From an uncultured Planctomycetaceae bacterium (GTDB lineage: Bacteria > Planctomycetota > Phycisphaerae > UBA1845 > UTPLA1): a stretch of DNA of 64,000 bases. The position numbers and the translations under genes were made by a program. Under the pieces are notes generated by a model, which worked only from the letters and a program-made list of their open reading frames with translations, made no database searches and was not told the origin of the DNA. The DNA lies in the NCBI GenBank assembly GCA_964385225.1, contig CAYLOE010000007.1, positions 7,505-71,504 of the forward strand, written 5' to 3'. The stretch's first letter is position 1, and the number at the start of each line of letters is the position of its first letter. This document shows, one piece after another, positions 1-8,633 of the stretch.

Positions 1-203
1 CAACTGACGTGAAACAGGGACTGATCAGATCGGCATTCTTTGCGCGAAATCGCGCAGCGTTTGCCAGTACCGATCTTCGCCGGGCGAGCGTACGCAAGAT
101 GCCCGTCGCGACCTCCGATAAGCATGTTGAGTTGCCGCCTGCGCTCACTCGCCGTCGCACAGCCGTTATGACCTTCGAGTGGCAAACTCCGAGATACGCA
201 CCC

Positions 204-1049
204 ATGGAACGACACGACATCCGACCACATGCACGATTCATGATCGCCCGCGCTGCTGCGTTGCCGATCCTGACGCCGGCATTCGCTTTTCTGATTGTGC
301 TTACCGCGTTCGGCTGCAATCGAACTGAACGCCCAAGCATGTCCGTGGATCTTGATGTCATCGCCGTGTCCAGTGCGGACCTCGGTGTGCCGGAAAATAG
401 CGCTGCTCGACCGGGCGAGCACCCGCTCGACACGACTCGGACGACCGGACGTTTTCCCGCCGGCCTTGCCGTGGCCAGGGTGGTCACCGCGCTGGACGAA
501 CCTACCGGAAGGCGCCGGCTTCGACCCGGCGAAATGTCCGTCGATCGGGCCGCCCATTGGAACCAGGTCATGGACACCTTGCCGCCGGTTCGCGAGGTAA
601 CCCTGCTGCGTGAGTTGGGCATTGATCCACGCGGCGTCGAGAGCGGGGACTTCCTGCGGGAAGCGACGCGGATCAACTGCAATCTCTGCCTGCTTTTCGG
701 TCGCACCGAGAACGCCGAAGGCGAGGCCGCGTTGCTGGGCGTCCTGTGGGATTCGGCGGAGATGCGCCCGCTGGCTGCTTTTCTTTCTCCGATCCTCATC
801 GAAGCGGAGATCGACGAGAAAAACGACAAGCCCGAAGCGCGCATCCGTGCCGCGGCCCGTGCCGAGATGCAAGCTGAGCAGGAACTTCGCGCCATGGTGC
901 GAAACACCATCTGGGATCTGGTCAAGCGCGATGAAACGGTCTCAACCACCCAGCCCAGCCCCTGGCGCGGAGATGACGCCCTGATGCCGCGTGATCGTGA
1001 CCCGCTACGGCGAATCGAGGAAATGCTCAAGCAGCAGCAGGGCGACTAA
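204..1049 (+). CDS. hypothetical protein, possible lipoprotein
   Basis: ORF 9..1049. The ATG at 204 (alternative 240) gives a basic n-region plus a hydrophobic stretch ending LTAFGC. The C-terminus is acidic and helical. No catalytic motif recognised. Confidence 0.45.
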   Translation: MERHDIRPHARFMIARAAALPILTPAFAFLIVLTAFGCNRTERPSMSVDLDVIAVSSADLGVPENSAARPGEHPLDTTRTTGRFPAGLAVARVVTALDEPTGRRRLRPGEMSVDRAAHWNQVMDTLPPVREVTLLRELGIDPRGVESGDFLREATRINCNLCLLFGRTENAEGEAALLGVLWDSAEMRPLAAFLSPILIEAEIDEKNDKPEARIRAAARAEMQAEQELRAMVRNTIWDLVKRDETVSTTQPSPWRGDDALMPRDRDPLRRIEEMLKQQQGD

Positions 1050-1117
1050 GCGTACGTCCTGAAACCCAAATCCACCGGCTGAAAGCACGGTGCCACAGGG
1101 CTTCAGGATGCACTCTC

Positions 1118-2842
1118 ATGGAGCCATGCGGTTCAACGGCCGCACCGCCGGGGAAGACCTCTCGTATGACACAAGCCGCCCACGCTTTACCGCTTACCCC
1201 CGCGCGCCGGCATGATGCCCCCCTGCTTCACGTCTCCGACGAGCCGCTCGTCAACGTTCTGCATCGCAGGGTCTTCGATTTCCTGCTTGCCGCGTTCGTT
1301 CTGATGCTTGTCTATATGTGCTTCGTGCCGTTTGACTTCGGCCGCCCCGAGGGAGTGTTTGCCGGTCACGAATTCCACTGGGGACTCCGAATCGCCCCGC
1401 TCAGCATGCGGGACATTTTTTCCAATATTGCCCTGTACATTCCGCTCGGTGCGCTTTTCAGCGCCGCGCTGCGCGGCAGAGACGCGGGCCGCGTCCTGGC
1501 TATCGTCTCTACCGTAACTTTCGCGGCGTTTCTCAGTATTGCCGTCGAGTATGGGCAGCATTTTGTTCAGTCTCGTGTATCGTCCTGGATAGACGTTTGT
1601 GCAAACGTCCTCGGCGCCGTGCTGGGTGCGTCGTTCTTCATCGTCTGCGAGTCCTGGCTCCAGCAAATGATCCGCGAAGCACGCGCCGACGCACGACGAC
1701 GATGGTGGCTTGCGGTCTGCAAGGTGTTTGTGTGTTTCGTGCTGGTCGTTCAGCTTCGGCCATTTGACGTCGTGGTGGACATCGCCCGAACCGGCGCGAA
1801 TGTTCAGCGTACGGCGGACTTTCACCCCCTCGCTGCATGGCGATCGCTTGAAAAGCAGGTGAGCGTGGAAGTCGCATCGGTTCGCCGCGCCGGCATGGAC
1901 GAACTGGCGCGCGCGAGATGGGAATATGCCCTCGACCGAACCACCGATGTGCTCGTCTATGCCGCCGTTGCCGCACTGCTCGTTCTCGGGCTTGGTAACG
2001 CCCGCAAGCGTCGCTGGACGCTGTACGCCTACGCGGGATTCGCTGCCTGTTGTCTCGCGGCGATCGTCTCTATCGTCCGCGTCTTTCTCATTTCGCACGG
2101 CTTTGACGCCGCCCATTTTTATTGCGGTCTGATCGGGTGGCCCATCGGATGTGTGGTTGGCTCATCGTTGCTGCTTCGATCGTCGCTGACGGGCCGAGAC
2201 GCTGTGACCGCAGAGCGGAAAGACTCCGCAGGAACAGGCGGCGTGCAGGTCAACATGCAGCGCGCCATTGCTTTCGGATGCCTCGGGCTCGTTGCGTTGT
2301 ATGAGTTGGCGCCTTTTGACTTCGCTCATGCGGATCATCAAGACGTCGCACGCATCTGCCTGCTGCCGTTCAAGGCCCATTTCGCCAGCAAGCCGAACGT
2401 CGCCTTTTACGACATCAGCGGCGATCTCCTTCGCTACGCTACCGTGGGCGCGTCCATCGCCATGCTCCTACACACCGCCTCAAAGCTGACCTGGCGAAGG
2501 CAACTCCTCCTGACGGTCACGCTCGCTACGCTTGCCTGCGCCGCTTTTGAGGTGCTGCACGTCTTCATGCCCAGTCGGCACGCAGACGTTACGACGATCC
2601 TCCTTGCTACGAGTGCTTCCTTTGCCGGCGCTGTGGCCCTGCGATGGATGCGCGACGTGCGAAGAAGTCTGACGGTCGTCTATGCCGAGGATTTGCTGAC
2701 CAGCCAGCTTATCGAAGGGAAGACTTACCAGCGAATCCCCGTCCAAAGGGAGGAGCCCGCGCGGCCGCCGTCGATCACCGTTTCGCCGCTGCCGTCCGAG
2801 GATGATCGCGAATCGCCCGGCTACGATGACGCCACGACGTGA
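1118..2842 (+). CDS. polytopic membrane protein with two VanZ-like domains
   Basis: 574-aa ORF with many hydrophobic segments. It has two copies of a VanZ-type signature: AVEYGQHFVQSRVSSWIDVCANVLGAVLG and AAFEVLHVFMPSRHADVTTILLATSASFAG. Confidence 0.55.
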   Translation: MEPCGSTAAPPGKTSRMTQAAHALPLTPARRHDAPLLHVSDEPLVNVLHRRVFDFLLAAFVLMLVYMCFVPFDFGRPEGVFAGHEFHWGLRIAPLSMRDIFSNIALYIPLGALFSAALRGRDAGRVLAIVSTVTFAAFLSIAVEYGQHFVQSRVSSWIDVCANVLGAVLGASFFIVCESWLQQMIREARADARRRWWLAVCKVFVCFVLVVQLRPFDVVVDIARTGANVQRTADFHPLAAWRSLEKQVSVEVASVRRAGMDELARARWEYALDRTTDVLVYAAVAALLVLGLGNARKRRWTLYAYAGFAACCLAAIVSIVRVFLISHGFDAAHFYCGLIGWPIGCVVGSSLLLRSSLTGRDAVTAERKDSAGTGGVQVNMQRAIAFGCLGLVALYELAPFDFAHADHQDVARICLLPFKAHFASKPNVAFYDISGDLLRYATVGASIAMLLHTASKLTWRRQLLLTVTLATLACAAFEVLHVFMPSRHADVTTILLATSASFAGAVALRWMRDVRRSLTVVYAEDLLTSQLIEGKTYQRIPVQREEPARPPSITVSPLPSEDDRESPGYDDATT

Positions 2843-4215
2843 CGATGCTTGCCCGATGGATCCGGCGCGATCTGATCCACAAGTCGAATGCGTACCTGGG
2901 CCCCTTTGCCGATTTGACCGCGCAGCCGAATCGAGACCTGCTCAAGCTGTCCGTCCGCAATCATCCCGCGCGGTACAATCCACACATCCAGATCACAATT
3001 GGCCTGTTGCAACACCTTGAATTCGCGTACCTGGGGCAACTCGCGAAGGACGTAGATCACGGACAGCCCATGCGCGACCCCGCCGGTCGTTGTCTTCAGC
3101 ATGTCCGTTCTTCGGCCTTCGATTCCTGAGAGGAGCACCAAGCCCCGGCCGCACGCACAGCCCTCGTCCGTCCGGCGCGCCAGGTCGCCCGTGCGATAGC
3201 GAATAAACGGCATGCCGAGGGCATCGAGATGCGTCAGGGTGATTTCCCCCGTCTCGCCGTCTGCGACGAGTTTGCCGTTGCCGTCCAGCAATTCCAGGAT
3301 GTGGCTTTCCATCGTGATGTGATACGACCCCATCGGACACTGATGGGCCACAAACCCGCCCTCGCGCGAACCGTATCCATCCGCTACGGGAACCGGAACC
3401 GCCTCCTCAATGACTGCGCGATCCACGCGGGAAAAGACTTCGCCCGTGACGAAAACGGCACGCAACGAAGGTGAATGAGTCCGCATGCCCGCTTCCGCCG
3501 CGAACCGGAAGAGCCGCGCCAGACTGCTGGGATATGCGAAAAGGTGAACCGGATCGAATCGACTCATCTCCGCCAGGTAGCGAACCATCCGCTCCGGTGT
3601 CATGTTGAAGGCATCAAGCAGACGTTGGTTGGTCAGTCGGTCGCGCAGCGCACGGGCCCGGTTCTGCACCGAGTTCTCCACCGGCGAGCCCCACAGATAC
3701 AGCTCACGCTGTCCCACGTCGATGCCGAACCATCGCCGGCTTCTTGCCCGCGCGGCCTGGTCCGACGCCTGCCTTCGGCGGCAAACATGGAAGTTCAGCG
3801 GCGCGCCCGTCGAGCCGCCCGTGCTGTATGGCGTGAGCCCCGCGTCCGTCGGATCCATCATCTCCGGAGCATGCTCGACGATCTCATCCTTCGAGAGGGC
3901 AGGTAGGCGCGAGAGGTCTTCCAACCGCATCGTCGCCGCATTGACACCGGCGTCATCGAGTCGCTTCCGATAGAATGAACACTTCGCCGCCGCATGGACG
4001 AGCAGTTGCCGCAGCTTCCGCTCCTGCAGGCCGCAAAGCCGCTGCCGCGACCACCACTGAGACGCCTCCATCTGTCGCAGATAGTGCAGCGTCGGACGCC
4101 CGAGCAGGAGCTCATGGATCGGCAGGATCAGATGTCGTACCGCCAGCGGATTCACGCAACACTCCGGGGCATCCTGCGTGGAGGACCTGCGGAAACTGCC
4201 GTGCAGCCCTCGCAT
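2821..4215 (-). CDS. phenylacetate-CoA ligase / CapK / F390-synthetase-like adenylate-forming enzyme
   Basis: 464 aa. The N-terminal SQWWSRQRL...FYRKRLDDAGV and the YSTGGSTGAPL motif are typical of the PaaK/CapK family. Its 3' end overlaps the VanZ-like gene convergently by 22 nt. Confidence 0.65.
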   Translation of the reverse strand: MRGLHGSFRRSSTQDAPECCVNPLAVRHLILPIHELLLGRPTLHYLRQMEASQWWSRQRLCGLQERKLRQLLVHAAAKCSFYRKRLDDAGVNAATMRLEDLSRLPALSKDEIVEHAPEMMDPTDAGLTPYSTGGSTGAPLNFHVCRRRQASDQAARARSRRWFGIDVGQRELYLWGSPVENSVQNRARALRDRLTNQRLLDAFNMTPERMVRYLAEMSRFDPVHLFAYPSSLARLFRFAAEAGMRTHSPSLRAVFVTGEVFSRVDRAVIEEAVPVPVADGYGSREGGFVAHQCPMGSYHITMESHILELLDGNGKLVADGETGEITLTHLDALGMPFIRYRTGDLARRTDEGCACGRGLVLLSGIEGRRTDMLKTTTGGVAHGLSVIYVLRELPQVREFKVLQQANCDLDVWIVPRGMIADGQLEQVSIRLRGQIGKGAQVRIRLVDQIAPDPSGKHRHVVASS

Positions 4216-4325
4216 CGCCCCATATCTATCGGCATGGCCGATTCCGCGCTGGACCTTATGGCGATCCTGTCCGATAGGAGATACAATTCACCTTGGGCAT
4301 GCGGCACCTTGCCTGGAGACTCAAC

Positions 4326-4595
4326 ATGAAGCCAACACCGCACATCCTGGCCTTCTTTCAGAACCTCGGCTGGCCTGAACTGATGATCATCGGCGTCATC
4401 GCCCTGCTCATCTTCGGAAAGCGGCTCCCGGAAGTGGGCCGGTCGCTCGGAAGGGGTATTGTCGAATTCAAGAAAGGCCTTTCGGATACCGGCGAAGACA
4501 TCAAACAGATGCCGTCCAAGCCCGACGCCGGTAATGCGAACTACAGCGCGGAATCCGGCAAGAAAGTCGAATCCGCGGCCAAGTCGAACGACTAG
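4326..4595 (+). CDS. tatA: twin-arginine translocase subunit TatA/E
   Basis: GWPELMIIGVIALLIFGKRLPEVGRSLGRGIVEFKKG is the classic TatA transmembrane plus amphipathic helix. GGAG lies 7 nt upstream of the ATG at 4326; the ORF track starts at 4293. Confidence 0.85.
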   Translation: MKPTPHILAFFQNLGWPELMIIGVIALLIFGKRLPEVGRSLGRGIVEFKKGLSDTGEDIKQMPSKPDAGNANYSAESGKKVESAAKSND

Positions 4596-4624
4596 TCTGC
4601 CCGCGCCTGCACATGTCCGCTTTG

Positions 4625-5308
4625 TTACGCCCCGTTTACCCGATCCCCCGATAGCTGCTCCATCAACAGGCCGATCGCCTGCTCCACCGTCGCCGGCGAA
4701 GCATGGCCGGGGATATCCAGCGGTTTGATCAGCGCGAAGCCGATGCCTGCGTGGATAAGCTGCCAGGCCAAACCCGCCGCGGATACGTCGCGTCGTACCT
4801 GCCCGGCTCGTTGGGCGCGCTTGAGCAGGTTCGTCAGGAATCGCGCATATTGCTGGTAGTGTCTTCGGATGGCGCCGAGAATCTCGGGATCATGCAATTC
4901 TGCCTGTGCGGCGAAGATCACGCGATAGAGTTGGCCCGTTCGCGGATCGGTCGTCGCCGGATTGAGCCGCAGGAGCACGCGAAGCTGATCCGTCGGTGAA
5001 CGAAGCGGCGCGATCGCCTTTCGCCACTCACGGAGCACCTCCTTGCCCACCTGCTCGACCAGTGCAACGAACAAATCGCGCTTGCTGGGAAAATGCTGAT
5101 AGAGCACCGGCTCGCTGATTTTCGCCGCTCGGGCAAGCTGCGCCGTCGTCGTGCCCTGGTAGCCGAATTCGGCGAAGCACGCCATCGATGCTTCAAGCAA
5201 CTGTGTACGACGCGCGGTCGCCGACATTCTTGCCGGCAGGCCCGCGCTTTTGCCCTTTCCGTCGACTGGAGGCGTGGTTCGACTTTGTCGCCTGGGAGCG
5301 CTGCTCAT
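4625..5308 (-). CDS. TetR/AcrR family transcriptional regulator
   Basis: N-terminal HTH TRRTQLLEASMACFAEFGYQGTTTAQLARAAKISEPVLYQHFPSKRDLF. The start ATG overlaps the upstream stop (ATGA at 5305-5308). Confidence 0.8.
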   Translation of the reverse strand: MSSAPRRQSRTTPPVDGKGKSAGLPARMSATARRTQLLEASMACFAEFGYQGTTTAQLARAAKISEPVLYQHFPSKRDLFVALVEQVGKEVLREWRKAIAPLRSPTDQLRVLLRLNPATTDPRTGQLYRVIFAAQAELHDPEILGAIRRHYQQYARFLTNLLKRAQRAGQVRRDVSAAGLAWQLIHAGIGFALIKPLDIPGHASPATVEQAIGLLMEQLSGDRVNGA

Positions 5309-6186
5309 CGGCTCACCTGTGAATCGGGTTCATCCTTTGCGCTGCTCGGACGGCTCGTCGCTCCCTTCGAACCAATCGAGGCGTCGGGATACTCAGCCCC
5401 CCTGCCGATCAGCAGTTCATCATTGCCCCGAATGAGCGGACCGATGTATCGCCGAATGAACTCCCGCTTTGTGCTGTCTGTGTGCAAACCGTCATAGCCG
5501 GAGTCGGAGAAATCATCCCGCCAGCGAATGTTGTGCAGCTTTGAATACTGCCGCTCGGTGTCCGGGCCCATCGAGTGCGGCAGGCGGAATCCCCTCAGGC
5601 CGGCGATGCCGTCCTCCGAAGCGGAGGCCCGATCCACCGTGCCCGTATACCAGACGACCTTGCCGAGGATCGGGTCGCGCGGCGAGTAAATCACATACAC
5701 GTTTCCCACGACGCGCCGAAGGGCGCGTGTCAGGTCGTAACGACTCGACAGACTGCATCCGAGGAACACCATCTGATCGATATGAACGTCCTGCGGCAGA
5801 TACTCGAGCGCGAAGGTGGCGATGCCCGTTCCGGCGGACAGCGCGATGATATTGATTTCGTTGTTCGGGTATTTCCGGCGGTAGTTACGAATTTTCGTCG
5901 CCAGTTCGGCCGCCTTGGATCGGTTCCGCGACAGATTGATCTGATCACCGGCATGGGTGAAACCCTGCCAGGTGAAGATCTCGACGGCGCCTTCGTACCC
6001 GGCGTCCTTGAGACCATTGGGGATGTCGATGGAACCGACGTTTCCGATGGGACCGGCCCCGCCGATGTAGTACGTGATGCCCTTGGACTTGTCGCCGGTG
6101 TTGCCGATGAAGCGCACGGCGTGCCCGCACCCGGAAACCAGGCACGAACCGATCACTGTGAAAGTCAGCAGGGTACAACGGCGCAA
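5305..6186 (-). CDS. lipoprotein, alpha/beta-hydrolase-like (unknown function)
   Basis: Signal plus lipobox MRRCTLLTFTVIGSCLVSGC. IIALSAGTG is a nucleophile-elbow-like GxSxG variant. Translationally coupled to the tetR gene. Confidence 0.55.
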   Translation of the reverse strand: MRRCTLLTFTVIGSCLVSGCGHAVRFIGNTGDKSKGITYYIGGAGPIGNVGSIDIPNGLKDAGYEGAVEIFTWQGFTHAGDQINLSRNRSKAAELATKIRNYRRKYPNNEINIIALSAGTGIATFALEYLPQDVHIDQMVFLGCSLSSRYDLTRALRRVVGNVYVIYSPRDPILGKVVWYTGTVDRASASEDGIAGLRGFRLPHSMGPDTERQYSKLHNIRWRDDFSDSGYDGLHTDSTKREFIRRYIGPLIRGNDELLIGRGAEYPDASIGSKGATSRPSSAKDEPDSQVSR

Positions 6187-6234
6187 GGGTAGGCGCTCTC
6201 AACTTTCGCGTTGCGGTACCGTGCACTCACGGCC

Positions 6235-6244
6235 GTGTTAACAC
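6235..6244. promoter_or_regulatory. perfect 10-bp palindrome GTGTTAACAC, candidate TetR operator
   Basis: Lies about 50 nt upstream of the lipoprotein-tetR operon start. A second short inverted repeat, ccgtg-cact-cacgg, sits next to it. Confidence 0.25.
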
Positions 6245-6409
6245 TTGTCGGCGAAGGAAGTCAAATCGAATCAGCCGTCATCATCGCCCGCCCCTCGGGC
6301 CGCAACAGCGCGAGGTCAGCGACGCCGGATTATACGGCGATATCGAAGGATGTCGAGCCGACCCAGGTAGTCAATCCGTCATGAAAGCAGTTGATCGGGG
6401 CGATTACTG

Positions 6410-7783
6410 CTAACTTCTGCCTCCCTTAGCGGCGGACCTGACACGAGAATCGTTCACCGGCAATCGATAACCCGTGGGGCAAATCCTCGCCCGCCCGCGG
6501 CCCGTTTCTTTCGCCTGATACAGCGCGTGGTCCGCAAAGGACAACAGGGCCGCGGGACTTTTCGGTTGATTGTACACAAGCCCTGCGATTCCCGCGGTCA
6601 TGGTCGGCGCCGGCGACTCGCTGACCATCATTCGCACGCGCTGGGCGAACATCGTGGAGATGCGGCGCGTGAGCGCGAGGGCCGCCTTCACGTCGATTCC
6701 GGGAAGGAGCAGGACGAATTCATCGCCACCATAGCGCACAGCGATATCACTTCCACGCAGCGACTGAAGCAGTTCGCCGGCAAAGCGCAGGACTTCGTCA
6801 CCTGCCTGATGTCCCTGCGCGTCATTCAGCAGCTTGAAGTTATCCAGGTCGATCATCACCACGCAGAGATCCTCGCCCGCCGCGCGCTGCGCCGCAAAGA
6901 CTTCCGGGAGCTTTTCCTCGAGGAAGCGGCGATTCTTCACGCCCGTGAGCGGATCAATCCAGGCCTCTCGCTGCACGCGCCGCAGGTTGTCTACGATCTC
7001 CTGCGTCTGCACGGTCAATCGATGCGTCACCCGGCGTTCGGTACGGTCCGCGTCTTCACGGCATTGCGTCACCTGCCCCTGCAACTCGACCATGTGGCGT
7101 GCCAGATTGCCCCATTCGTCGGCGCGATCTTTCAACGATTGAGCCACGTTGATCAGTTCGCGGGATGCCTTCGCTCCCGCCAGCTTCTCCAGTGGCCGAG
7201 TCACCAGACGGGTCATTACCAGCCAGACCGCCGCCGAAATAATCAGCATCGCGGAAACGACAATCAGGCCGAAAGATCGAGCTTCTCCATCGCCCTGGGA
7301 TGTCGTGTTCACCAGCAGCGCGGCGCGAATCGGATTCTGCGTCTCCCGGTAGACTCCCAACTCAAGGTCCACCCGACTCAGCTCTGAATGGTGGATTCCT
7401 CCGGATGATTCGAGCGGTTCGATCCTCAATCGCGTACGTGACAGCGGTCTGGGCTCCACGATGTGAACCAGCAGCGCGTCGTTGAGGGTCGCCTCGGCAA
7501 GCAGTTCACCGGACGCATTCCAGAGCCGGGCGGCCGAAACGCCGGACTCGCCTACCAGCCGATTGCATACCCGCCGTAGCTGCGATTCCGTCATTTCTCC
7601 ATGATCGCCCCAGGTCGCCGAGAGACCGGACGCGAGCATTTCGATCGCCTGATCGGCCTCGCGCGCACACTGAGCACCACGAATCTGAACGTGCGCGACG
7701 ACAGCCACGATCGCCAGGGCCGGCAGACACGCAATCATCGTGATGCGAACTCTCAGACCCGTCGAAGGACGACGTGCGCGCAT
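6410..7783 (-). CDS. membrane-anchored diguanylate cyclase (GGDEF domain)
   Basis: C-terminal DPLTGVKNRR...RYGGDEFVLLLPG. There are two transmembrane segments flanking a periplasmic region, then a HAMP-like linker. Confidence 0.8.
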   Translation of the reverse strand: MRARRPSTGLRVRITMIACLPALAIVAVVAHVQIRGAQCAREADQAIEMLASGLSATWGDHGEMTESQLRRVCNRLVGESGVSAARLWNASGELLAEATLNDALLVHIVEPRPLSRTRLRIEPLESSGGIHHSELSRVDLELGVYRETQNPIRAALLVNTTSQGDGEARSFGLIVVSAMLIISAAVWLVMTRLVTRPLEKLAGAKASRELINVAQSLKDRADEWGNLARHMVELQGQVTQCREDADRTERRVTHRLTVQTQEIVDNLRRVQREAWIDPLTGVKNRRFLEEKLPEVFAAQRAAGEDLCVVMIDLDNFKLLNDAQGHQAGDEVLRFAGELLQSLRGSDIAVRYGGDEFVLLLPGIDVKAALALTRRISTMFAQRVRMMVSESPAPTMTAGIAGLVYNQPKSPAALLSFADHALYQAKETGRGRARICPTGYRLPVNDSRVRSAAKGGRS

Positions 7784-7989
7784 ACAGAAATTCCCCGCCG
7801 CTGTCTTTTGGAGATTCTATTCGGACGTCGGCCGGCGGGAGCGACCGCGACTCCCCCGACGGTCTCAGTTCCGTACCCGACTCAAACGTACGATACGAAG
7901 CAGGGGCAGGAGAGACCGTTCATAGATGGACAAGGTCCGAACACCTCATGCGTCCGATAGATGAGGTCGATGGCATGCAATCGCAAACG

Positions 7990-8586
7990 CTACGGCTGAG
8001 TCGTCCTGGCGGGCCGTGACCAGCCGCCTTCTTCGGTTCTATCGAGGATGTGTTTCCCGCGCTTGGGATCGTGCACCGCGCGGTAGGTTCCATAACAAAG
8101 CACCGGACCCGGCCTCTGCGGCAGGAACGCGAGCATGCCGACCTCGGATGCGGTGTTCATCCAGATGCGAAAGCTACCGTGCATCTGCTCGCTGTCTTTC
8201 ACAAGGACTGAAATGATCCCGCTGATGGGCGTGAATCGCTGATGTTGCAGCGCCGAGCGAACGACGACGCGAACCTCTCGATGGCGAAGCGGATAATCCC
8301 GCCCGCTCCCGGCAGGCGGTGTATCGAGGGCGAAGGAAATCTCAACTTCGACCAGTCCGTAGCTGCCAAGAAACAAGTTTTGTTTGCGGCAGCGCATCGC
8401 GAGATTCAGGTTTCCAGCATCATCGACCCACCAGGCGCATTCCTGCGCCTCGAGTGTGTAGGGCTCCACGCGCGGCGGATCGATCGACTGGCTATTCAGA
8501 GAAACGAAGCCAATCTTCGCCGTCCCGGTACAGCCGACCATCATTGACGTAACCGAAACCCCTATCAGCAGTGCGCGTGAGATCAT
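7990..8586 (-). CDS. hypothetical lipoprotein
   Basis: MISRALLIGVSVTSMMVGC signal/lipobox from the ATG at 8586 (ORF track start 8610). Lies 23-47 nt downstream of the peroxidase gene on the same strand. Confidence 0.5.
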   Translation of the reverse strand: MISRALLIGVSVTSMMVGCTGTAKIGFVSLNSQSIDPPRVEPYTLEAQECAWWVDDAGNLNLAMRCRKQNLFLGSYGLVEVEISFALDTPPAGSGRDYPLRHREVRVVVRSALQHQRFTPISGIISVLVKDSEQMHGSFRIWMNTASEVGMLAFLPQRPGPVLCYGTYRAVHDPKRGKHILDRTEEGGWSRPARTTQP

Positions 8587-8633
8587 CCCGGCATCGTCGC
8601 CAGAGATCATCTCGCGGTCAACGCGGCGACCTG

